Shown: piece after piece, positions 56,233 to 63,352 of the stretch
How positions within the stretch are numbered: the first letter of the stretch is position 1
Layout of the letters: each line of letters begins with the position of its first letter
DNA from: Chloroflexota bacterium
Lineage (GTDB): Bacteria > Chloroflexota > Dehalococcoidia > SM23-28-2 > RBG-16-64-32
Length of the DNA: 63,352 nt
Assembly: GCA_036741795.1 (NCBI GenBank)
Contig: DAINRO010000001.1
Coordinates: 1-63,352, forward strand
Direction of reading: 5' to 3'
The notes under the pieces: generated by a model
Seen by the model: the letters and a program-made list of their open reading frames with translations, nothing else
Told to the model about the DNA's origin: nothing
Databases searched by the model: none
Made by a program: the position numbers and the translations under genes

Positions 56233-57297
56233 ATGCAGACTCAGCAACCCGCGATTGACGAGGGGAAACTGAACGATTTCGTCATGAAGATGGTGGGGGA
56301 GATGAGTGGGGCGGTGACCTGTGCCGGTGTCGTCCTCGGCGACAGACTCGGCCTTTACCGGGCCATGAACGGCGCCGGCCCGATGACCGCTGCCGACCTG
56401 GCAGGAAAGACGGGCACCAACCCGCGGTTGGTGCAAGAGTGGCTGAACGCGCAGGCCGCTGCGGGATATCTCGCCTATGACAGTGGCAAATACGAACTGC
56501 CGTTGGAACACGCGATGGCACTGGCAGACGAGAATAGCCCGGTGTTCCTCGCTGGCGGCATGGACGTACTAGGTGCGATGTGGGCCTCCCATGAGCAACT
56601 GACTGCGGGATTCCAGAGCGGCAAGGGGATGGGCTGGCACGAGCATGACCCGCGACTATTCGTCGGCACAGAGCGCTTTTTCCGGCCCGGCTACCGGAGC
56701 TTCCTGACGACGGCCTGGATCCCGGCCCTGGACGGGGTCGAAGCCAGATTGCAGTCCGGCGCGAAGGTAGCTGATGTGGGCTGCGGGCTTGGCGCCTCGA
56801 CCATCATCATGAAGCAGGCGTATCCAAATTCCACTTTCATCGGCTACGACTACCATGAGGGCTCGCTGGAACTGGCCCGCCAGCGCACGAAGGAGGCGGG
56901 AGTCAGCGACGTCACTTACGAGAAGGCGCGGGCCGTCGACTATCCCGGCGGCGATTTTGATCTCATCTGCTTCTTCGATTGCCTGCACGACATGGGCGAT
57001 CCGGTGGGCGCGGCTCGGCACGCCCTGCAGGCACTAAAGCCCGACGGAACAGTCCTGCTGGTGGAGCCGATGGCCCAGGACCGGATGGAAGACAACATCG
57101 GACCGCTAGGCGCCATGTTCTACGGGGCTTCAACCTTCTTCTGCGCGGCTAACGCCGTGAACCAGGGAGGCGAACCGGTATTGGGCGCCCAGGCCGGTGA
57201 AGCGCGGCTTCGCAAAGTGTTCGAGGACGCCGGATTTACGCGCTTCCGCCGGGCGACGGAGACGCCGTTTAACCTTGTCCTGGAGGCTCGCCCATAA
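56233..57297 (+). CDS. class I SAM-dependent methyltransferase with N-terminal winged-helix-like domain
   Basis: 354 aa. SAM motif I VADVGCGLGASTI and post-I/II DLICFFDCLHDMGDP. Confidence 0.8.
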   Translation: MQTQQPAIDEGKLNDFVMKMVGEMSGAVTCAGVVLGDRLGLYRAMNGAGPMTAADLAGKTGTNPRLVQEWLNAQAAAGYLAYDSGKYELPLEHAMALADENSPVFLAGGMDVLGAMWASHEQLTAGFQSGKGMGWHEHDPRLFVGTERFFRPGYRSFLTTAWIPALDGVEARLQSGAKVADVGCGLGASTIIMKQAYPNSTFIGYDYHEGSLELARQRTKEAGVSDVTYEKARAVDYPGGDFDLICFFDCLHDMGDPVGAARHALQALKPDGTVLLVEPMAQDRMEDNIGPLGAMFYGASTFFCAANAVNQGGEPVLGAQAGEARLRKVFEDAGFTRFRRATETPFNLVLEARP

Positions 57298-57308
57298 AGG
57301 AGAACGCG

Positions 57309-57920
57309 ATGAGCGACAGCAAGCTGTATCACGACGGGAACCGCAAGCTCCAGGATGAATTCGACAGCCGGCGGATCGCCGATCGGCTGGAGGAGGTGAC
57401 GCTGCACGAGCAGTTCACCCCCTCCGATGTCGACTTCATCGAGAACGCAGCGATGTTCTTCCTGGCGACAGCGGATGCGGACGGCTGGCCTGATGTGTCG
57501 TACAAGGGCGGGTTGCCGGGGTTCGTGCGGATAACAGACCACAACGAGCTGGCTTTCCCCTGCTACGACGGCAACGGGATGTTCAAGTCCTTTGGCAATA
57601 TCCTCGTGAATCCGAAGGTGGGGCTGATGTTTATCGACTTCGAGGAGCAAAACCGGATGCGGGTCCAGGGGTCGGCCTCAGTATCGAGCGACGATCCGTT
57701 GATGAGTGAGTTTCCGGGCGCGCAGATGATCATCCGGGTGACGGCGGAGCGGATCTTCCCGAACTGCCCCCGCTACATCCACAAGATGCAGATGCTTGAG
57801 CACTCCGTGTTTGCCCCGGAGGCGGGTCACACCCCGCCCGTCCCGGACTGGAAACGCATGCCAGTCTTCGAGGACGCATTGCCTCGAACAGGCCCGGCGG
57901 CGGTGGATCCGCGGGAGTGA
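57309..57920 (+). CDS. pyridoxamine 5'-phosphate oxidase-like (FMN-binding split-barrel) protein
   Basis: 203 aa. Contains FFLATADADGWPDVSYKGGLPGFVRI and FPNCPRYIH, typical of the PNPOx-like superfamily. Confidence 0.7.
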   Translation: MSDSKLYHDGNRKLQDEFDSRRIADRLEEVTLHEQFTPSDVDFIENAAMFFLATADADGWPDVSYKGGLPGFVRITDHNELAFPCYDGNGMFKSFGNILVNPKVGLMFIDFEEQNRMRVQGSASVSSDDPLMSEFPGAQMIIRVTAERIFPNCPRYIHKMQMLEHSVFAPEAGHTPPVPDWKRMPVFEDALPRTGPAAVDPRE

Positions 57921-58942
57921 GCGACAAGCCGTTCACGGTAGCCTCGGTCCAGGCGACACCCATCTTCATGGACCGCGCGGCAACGACCGAAAAGGCTTGC
58001 GGGCTGATCGCGGAGGCGGCCTCCAACGGCGCGAAGGTTGTCGTCTTCCCGGAGGTCTTCGTTCCCGGTTACCCAGATTGGGTGCACGTGCTCCCCGGCG
58101 GCTCGCCCATGCACGGGAGACTTTACGCCACGCTCCTGGACCAGTCCGTGACAATTCCCGGACCGGAGGTGGACAGACTCTGCAAGGCAGCGAAGCAAGC
58201 CCGCACCTGCGTGGTGATGGGCTTGAACGAACGAAACGCGGAGGCGAGCGGGGGGAGCATCTACAACACGCTTCTCTACATCGACGACAAGGGACAGGTC
58301 ATGGGTCGCCACCGGAAGCTCGTACCTACAGCGGCCGAGCGGCTAGTCTGGGCGGCCGGTGACGGGAGCACCCTTGGGGCGTACGCCACGCCATACGGGA
58401 AGCTTGGGGGGCTCATTTGCTGGGAGAACTACATGCCATTAGCCCGGTACGCGATGTACGCCTGGGGCACCCAGATCTACGTTGCGGCAACCTGGGACTC
58501 GTCGGACACGTGGCTGGCCACCGTCCAGCACATCGCCAAGGAGGGCCGATGCGTCGTCATCGGCTGTTGCATGGCGATGAGGCGCGATGATGTGCCGGAC
58601 GCTCTCGAGTTCAAGGCGCAGTACCCCGAAGGCGGTGACGGCTGGATCAACCGGGGCAGCAGCGCAATCGTCATCCCTGACCGTATAGTCGCTGGTCCGG
58701 CCATGAACGAGGAGACGATCCTTTACGCCAAGATCGATCCCGCACGGATGCGCGGGGCGAAGATGTCACTGGACGCCGCTGGCCACTATGCGCGACCGGA
58801 CATCTTCCAATTGACTGTCAACCGCGGGCCCAATGTGATGCTCAACGTCGCTGAAGGTCAACATTCGACCAACGGGAGAGAGCTAGCACCACAGGAGCGG
58901 ACGACGGTTAAGCGAAAGAAGACCTCGAAAGGGCGGCCATGA
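57917..58942 (+). CDS. nitrilase / carbon-nitrogen hydrolase family protein
   Basis: 341 aa. The GTG start overlaps the upstream stop by 4 nt. The E-K-C triad lies in VVVFPEVFVPGYP, HRKLVPT and GGLICWENYMPLAR. Confidence 0.88.
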   Translation: MSDKPFTVASVQATPIFMDRAATTEKACGLIAEAASNGAKVVVFPEVFVPGYPDWVHVLPGGSPMHGRLYATLLDQSVTIPGPEVDRLCKAAKQARTCVVMGLNERNAEASGGSIYNTLLYIDDKGQVMGRHRKLVPTAAERLVWAAGDGSTLGAYATPYGKLGGLICWENYMPLARYAMYAWGTQIYVAATWDSSDTWLATVQHIAKEGRCVVIGCCMAMRRDDVPDALEFKAQYPEGGDGWINRGSSAIVIPDRIVAGPAMNEETILYAKIDPARMRGAKMSLDAAGHYARPDIFQLTVNRGPNVMLNVAEGQHSTNGRELAPQERTTVKRKKTSKGRP

Positions 58943-59175
58943 TACGAATCACCAACAAAGACACCGGCGCCGACCTCGGCAAGATCAGCGATGAGGAACT
59001 GCAATTTCTTCAGGATCAGATGGAGGAAGAGTCCATGGAGGACACTGACTACTACATCAGCAAGGAGATGTTGGCCGTCCTCAAGGAGCAGGGCGCCGAC
59101 CGCGAACTCGTGCGGATATTGACCGACGCAATGGGTGCCGGAGATGGAGTCGAGGTCTCCTGGTCCGAGGAGTAG
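58939..59175 (+). CDS. small acidic hypothetical protein
   Basis: 78 aa. ATGA overlap with the nitrilase stop. Highly acidic (DEELQFLQDQMEEESMEDTDYY). No family recognised. Confidence 0.55.
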   Translation: MIRITNKDTGADLGKISDEELQFLQDQMEEESMEDTDYYISKEMLAVLKEQGADRELVRILTDAMGAGDGVEVSWSEE

Positions 59176-59205
59176 CAGGCCCTGCAGTCCCGCCAAGGAT
59201 GACAA

Positions 59206-60099
59206 TCAGGCGGTCAAGGATCCGTATCGCTCCGCGAGCCAGACCGTGTTGCTGAGTAGCATCGCGATCGTCATCGGGCCAACGCCGCCGGGAACAGGCG
59301 TGATTGCCGACGCCACCTCGCGCACGCTTTCGTAGTCCACGTCGCCGATTAAGCGACGGCCGGACTTGCGCGTGTCGTCCTCCACCCAGTTGTTGCCGAC
59401 GTCGATTACGACGGCACCGGGCTTCACCATGTCCGCCGTGATTGCCCCGGCGACACCAATTGCGGCGATGAGGATGTCCGCCTGGCGAGTGTGAGTGGCG
59501 AGGTCAGAGGTCCCCGTGTGGCACAGCGTAACGGTTGCATTCGCGCGGTCGCTCTTCTGCATGAGGATGTTGGCGATCGGCTTGCCGACGATGTTGGAGC
59601 GCCCACAGACGACTACGTGCTTGCCGGCTGGCGGATTGCCTGACCGGTGGAGCAACTCCACGATGCCGGCCGGTGTCGCCGGCCACGTGCAAGGCTCGCC
59701 ACGGACCAGGTGGCCAAGGCTCGCCGGAGTGACTCCGTCCGCATCCTTGGCCGGATCGATCGAGTTCATGACGGCGGACTCGTTCACCTGAGGAGGCAGC
59801 GGCAACTGGACTAGGATGCCGTGAAAACGAGGATCTGCGTTCAGGTCGAGCACCTGCGAGAGGACAAGGTCCTGGGACGCGCTTTCAGGGAGGTGGAACA
59901 TGTCGGAATAGATGCCCGCTTGTTCGGCGGTATCCCCCTTTGAGCGAACGTAGGACAACGATGAAGGGTTGTCTCCAACGAGCACCAGGGCGAGGCCAGG
60001 GGTGACGCCGCGTTCGTCCTTGAGGCGTTTCGCGCGCTGCGCGACCTCGGCACGCACTTCGGCGGCGATCTGCTTGCCGTCGATGTCCAGTGCCGTCAC
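59206..60099 (-). CDS. folD: bifunctional methylenetetrahydrofolate dehydrogenase/methenyl-THF cyclohydrolase
   Basis: 297 aa, GTG start. Contains GILVQLPLP, VVCGRSNIVGKP and TPVPGGVGPMT. Confidence 0.94.
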   Translation of the reverse strand: MTALDIDGKQIAAEVRAEVAQRAKRLKDERGVTPGLALVLVGDNPSSLSYVRSKGDTAEQAGIYSDMFHLPESASQDLVLSQVLDLNADPRFHGILVQLPLPPQVNESAVMNSIDPAKDADGVTPASLGHLVRGEPCTWPATPAGIVELLHRSGNPPAGKHVVVCGRSNIVGKPIANILMQKSDRANATVTLCHTGTSDLATHTRQADILIAAIGVAGAITADMVKPGAVVIDVGNNWVEDDTRKSGRRLIGDVDYESVREVASAITPVPGGVGPMTIAMLLSNTVWLAERYGSLTA

Positions 60100-60214
60100 G
60101 AACCAATCTTACCGGATGCCACGATTACGCAAGCAATCCGCAGTCCGCGATGACAGTGCTGTTATCGCGTGCGCGACACACTCCACTCACCTTTATCGAT
60201 GAGGAGCACAACGC

Positions 60215-61303
60215 ATGGGAGTCGCCGCCGGTAGGTTGCGCGACCTGAACCGGGCTGCGGCGGTGTCTGCGGACGCGCGGGAGGCCGCCAAAGCGGGAGG
60301 GTTGCGCTACGTGAACCCGAACGGGCCGGGCATGCTAAGAAAACGCCACGGCAAGGGTCACCGCTACTTCGACGTGGACGGTCGTCCTCTTCGTTCCAAA
60401 GAAGCGATGGAGCGCATCAGGAAGCTCGTGATTCCGCCCGCCTGGACAGATGTCTGGATCAGCCCCATCGAGAACGGACACCTGCAGGCCGTCGGCCGCG
60501 ATGCGAGAGGGCGCCGCCAGTACCGCTACCACCCCCGCTGGCGAGAGGTCCGCGACGAGGCCAAATACGGCCGTACGATTGCCTTCGCAAACGCCCTGCC
60601 CGCGATCCGCCGTCGCGTCAAACGCGACCTGGCGTTGCCGGGGCTACCACGGGAGAAAGTGCTGGCGACTATCGTCCGCCTCCTCGAGACGACTCTGATC
60701 CGCGTCGGGAACGACGAATACGCCCGCAACAACGGATCCTATGGACTAACAACGATGCGGAACAAGCACGTTGCCGTAAACGGTCACCGGATCGAGTTCA
60801 CGTTCGAGGGCAAATCGGGCAAGAAGCACCAGATCGACGTCCAGGATCGCTACCTCGCCCGCATCGTTCGACGCTGCCGTGAGATTCCGGGATACGAGCT
60901 GTTCCAGTACGTCGATGAGAGCGGCGACCGCCAGTCAATCAGTTCCACGGACGTGAACGAGTACCTCCGCGAGATCAGCGGCGAGGACTTCACGGCGAAG
61001 GACTTCCGCACGTGGGCCGGGACGGTCCTCGCCGCGATGTCCCTGCGTACATCCGAGGGAGCCTCCTCGCAGACGGAGGCGAAGCGGAACGTGGTCCATG
61101 CCATCGAGCAGGTCGCCGACCGGCTCGGGAACACTCCGGCAATCTGCCGCAAGTGCTACGTCCACCCGGCCATCCTTGATGCCTACATGGATGGTGAGTT
61201 CCTGGACGACCTGGAATATCACGGCCACGTGGCCGCAGGCTTGCGCGGGCTGGATGCGGCTGAGAAGGCGGTACTGGGGTTCCTCGAATCGCGGGCGGGA
61301 TAG
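60215..61303 (+). CDS. DNA topoisomerase IB (poxvirus-like bacterial TopIB)
   Basis: 362 aa. Contains LVIPPAWTDVWISP, LQAVGRDARGRRQYRYH, FTAKDFRTWAGT and the C-terminal NTPAICRKCYVHP (catalytic Tyr context). Confidence 0.85.
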   Translation: MGVAAGRLRDLNRAAAVSADAREAAKAGGLRYVNPNGPGMLRKRHGKGHRYFDVDGRPLRSKEAMERIRKLVIPPAWTDVWISPIENGHLQAVGRDARGRRQYRYHPRWREVRDEAKYGRTIAFANALPAIRRRVKRDLALPGLPREKVLATIVRLLETTLIRVGNDEYARNNGSYGLTTMRNKHVAVNGHRIEFTFEGKSGKKHQIDVQDRYLARIVRRCREIPGYELFQYVDESGDRQSISSTDVNEYLREISGEDFTAKDFRTWAGTVLAAMSLRTSEGASSQTEAKRNVVHAIEQVADRLGNTPAICRKCYVHPAILDAYMDGEFLDDLEYHGHVAAGLRGLDAAEKAVLGFLESRAG

Positions 61304-61354
61304 CGAACCAATACGTGCGATAAGCTGAGGGGGCGTCCCTGCTGGAGCCCTCGC

Positions 61355-62593
61355 TTGCAACAACCGTCAACCGCCAATCTCGAAGGAAACGTCCGGAAGT
61401 ACTACCTCTTCCACCTCTTCCTCAACCTCCAGCTCTGGTGGCCCATCTGGATAATCTATCTGACGGAGATGCGTGGGCTGACCCTGGCCCAGGTCACGCT
61501 GATCGACATTCCCTTCTGGCTCTGCATCATTTTCCTCCAGGTGCCTGGCGCCGCACTCGCCGATCGCTTCGGTCGCAAGCCAGTCCTCATCGCCTCCGCC
61601 ACCCTCTTCGCGATCGCCATCGTCTTCTTCGGGCTCGCCACAACATTCTGGCTGCTGCTGGCCTCTTACCTGATCTGGGGCGTCGGCTTCTCGATGCTCT
61701 GGGGCGTCGAGTCCGCGTTCCTCTACGACTCGCTGAAGGCGATGGGGCGGGAGGACGAGTACCCGCGAATCTACGGCCGCGGCTGGGCGATTGCCATGGC
61801 GGCGCAGGTAGCCGGCACGCTGATCGGAGCCCCACTGGCCGAAGCAACCGACCTGCAGACACCAATCGTCCTTTCCGGCGCGATCTCCGCCGTCGCCATC
61901 CTCGCCGCCCTCACCTTCGTCGAGCCGCCTGGGGTCAAGGCCCATCACCTGACGTACGGGGAAATCGTCAGCGACAGCGCCTCCCTGGTCCGCCGCAAGC
62001 CGGACATCCGCTATGCCATCCTCTTCTTTGGCCTCGTCACCATCGGTAGCATCGCCGTCGTCTTCTTCTTCCAGCCGTTCCTCGTAGACCATGACGTGGG
62101 CGTCGGCTCGGTCGGGATCTGGCAGACGCCAATGCGGATCGCCGGCATCATCGCCGCTCTGTCGGCTCACCGGCTGATGAGCGGGTTCGGGGAGAGGCGG
62201 ACGTTCTACATGATGCCGGTCCTTGTGGTGGCCGGGTACCTGATCCTCGCCACATGGGATTCGATCTACGCTGCGATCGCCTTCCCGATCGTCTTCTTCG
62301 CGGTGTCACTCTCGCAGCCCACTGTGACGGACTACATCAACCGGCGCGTCCCCACGGAGCAGCGAGCGACGATGGTATCGCTCACGAACCTGATTCGCTC
62401 GGCGGTACTCATCCCAACCGCGCCGCTGCTTGGACTACTGGCCGACGAAGTCTCCGCCGAAGCTGCGTACTTCGCCGGCGCTGCACTCGTGGCGGGGCTC
62501 GCGATCCCGTTGTTCGCGCTGTGGTGGCCGACGCTGGGGAAGGCGCCGGAGCGAGGTCCCGTTCCCGATGCTGCGTCCGCGGGGGGAAGCTAG
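61355..62593 (+). CDS. MFS transporter
   Basis: 412 aa, ~12 TM helices, with a GALADRFGRKPVL loop (MFS motif A-like). The TTG start is uncertain. Confidence 0.8.
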   Translation: MQQPSTANLEGNVRKYYLFHLFLNLQLWWPIWIIYLTEMRGLTLAQVTLIDIPFWLCIIFLQVPGAALADRFGRKPVLIASATLFAIAIVFFGLATTFWLLLASYLIWGVGFSMLWGVESAFLYDSLKAMGREDEYPRIYGRGWAIAMAAQVAGTLIGAPLAEATDLQTPIVLSGAISAVAILAALTFVEPPGVKAHHLTYGEIVSDSASLVRRKPDIRYAILFFGLVTIGSIAVVFFFQPFLVDHDVGVGSVGIWQTPMRIAGIIAALSAHRLMSGFGERRTFYMMPVLVVAGYLILATWDSIYAAIAFPIVFFAVSLSQPTVTDYINRRVPTEQRATMVSLTNLIRSAVLIPTAPLLGLLADEVSAEAAYFAGAALVAGLAIPLFALWWPTLGKAPERGPVPDAASAGGS

Positions 62594-62596
62594 CTG

Positions 62597-63217
62597 CTAC
62601 CCAACGAACACGGGCCTGCGCGGCGGGAGCACGTAAATTGCCGTGATCCCCGTGCAGAGGGCCAGCGCCGCCCACTCGTTGATGAACGACAGGACAAACG
62701 CGCCCGCGTAAATCAGGTTCGAAGCCAGGTACTGCCTCGTGAGGAAGCGGCGGTAGCCGGGGGCCAGGTCGTGGACGACGAGTTCCCGGAAATTCGCCCA
62801 GGCCCAGAGCGAGAACCACGCCACCGCCGGGAGCAGCAGGCCCAGTGTGTAAAAAGCGATTGCTGCCTGGCGTTGGTCGGCGTGCTCCATGTACTCGGCA
62901 AGGACGGCCGTGGGGAAGGGCAGGAAGGCGATGGTCATCAGAAAGAAGACGTTGAGCATGAGGAAGCCGTGGTCCACATGGTGGAAGAGTTTGAAGAATG
63001 AGTGGTGGTTCGCCCAGTAGATGCCGATCGTGATGAAGCTCAGAACGTAGGCGAAGTAAGAGGGCCACTCTTCACGCAGGGCCTTTCCCAGGCTCTCGTC
63101 GCCCCCCACGTGCGGGACTGCGATCTCGATGATCAGCAGCGTGATAGCGATGGCGAAGACGCCGTCGCTGAACGCCTCTATGCGCTGGGTCTCGTTCTGT
63201 TCGTAGGAGTCTGCCAA
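62597..63217 (-). CDS. TMEM175-family (DUF1211) putative K+ channel
   Basis: Track ORF trimmed to TTG at 63217, 4 nt after the upstream stop. The signature RIEAFSDGVFAIAITLLIIE lies in TM1, with 6 TM helices overall. The start is uncertain. Confidence 0.7.
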   Translation of the reverse strand: MADSYEQNETQRIEAFSDGVFAIAITLLIIEIAVPHVGGDESLGKALREEWPSYFAYVLSFITIGIYWANHHSFFKLFHHVDHGFLMLNVFFLMTIAFLPFPTAVLAEYMEHADQRQAAIAFYTLGLLLPAVAWFSLWAWANFRELVVHDLAPGYRRFLTRQYLASNLIYAGAFVLSFINEWAALALCTGITAIYVLPPRRPVFVG

Positions 63218-63221
63218 GGAG

Positions 63222-63352
63222 CTATCCCGCCGCGCCTGCCTCCCGCAGGGCCACCACTTCCTCCTCACTGAAGCCGGCCTCGCGCAGGACTTCGTCCGTG
63301 TTCGCACCTTTCATGGGGGCAGTCGAGCGCACTTTGCCGGGCGTGTCCGAGA
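63222..63352 (-). CDS. family III CoA-transferase (CaiB/BaiF-like), C-terminal fragment; 5' end off-window
   Basis: My translation gives ...SDTPGKVRSTAPMKGANTDEVLREAGFSEEEVVALREAGAAG*. The G-x-x-TDEVL-x-x-x-G-(Y/F)S-x-EE(I/V)-x-x-L ending is typical of this family. Confidence 0.55.
   Translation of the reverse strand, partial: SDTPGKVRSTAPMKGANTDEVLREAGFSEEEVVALREAGAAG

Overview
High-GC bacterial chromosomal segment (GC roughly 60-65% by eye, not computed). EF-Tu, the beta-prime insertion and r-protein features look Chloroflexota/Thermus-like, but taxonomy cannot be confirmed without a search. About two thirds of the window is core translation and transcription machinery on the minus strand. 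This includes rpsI-rplM-truA, the alpha/spc/S10 r-protein block (rplQ through rpsJ) joined directly to fusA-rpsG-rpsL, then rplL-rplJ-rplA-rplK-nusG-secE-rpmG-tuf. Upstream of tuf sit tRNA-Thr/Tyr/Thr, and rpoC-rpoB lies further along. The 5' end carries a plus-strand operon behind a SAM-I riboswitch: mtnA-mtnP-GNAT-DJ-1-DUF1028-ahcY-metK, followed by two sugar-nucleotide genes. Other content is cysE-cysS-MBL and a c-di-AMP (ydaO-type) riboswitch ahead of a DedA/YqaA-like membrane protein with ispD-ispF. Also present are gdh, a methyltransferase/PNPOx-like/nitrilase/small-acidic-protein operon, folD, a bacterial type IB topoisomerase, an MFS transporter and a TMEM175-like channel. The most unusual observation is a retropepsin-like (DTGA) aspartic protease module inserted between rplK and rplA and fused in frame, with no stop codon, to ribosomal protein L1. 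Secondary observations are long low-complexity C-terminal tails on S17, S3, L15, L4, RpoA and RpoC, three uncharacterised enzymes embedded in the SAM-riboswitch operon, and the unusual target of the c-di-AMP riboswitch. No CRISPR arrays, transposases, integrases or rRNA genes were seen.
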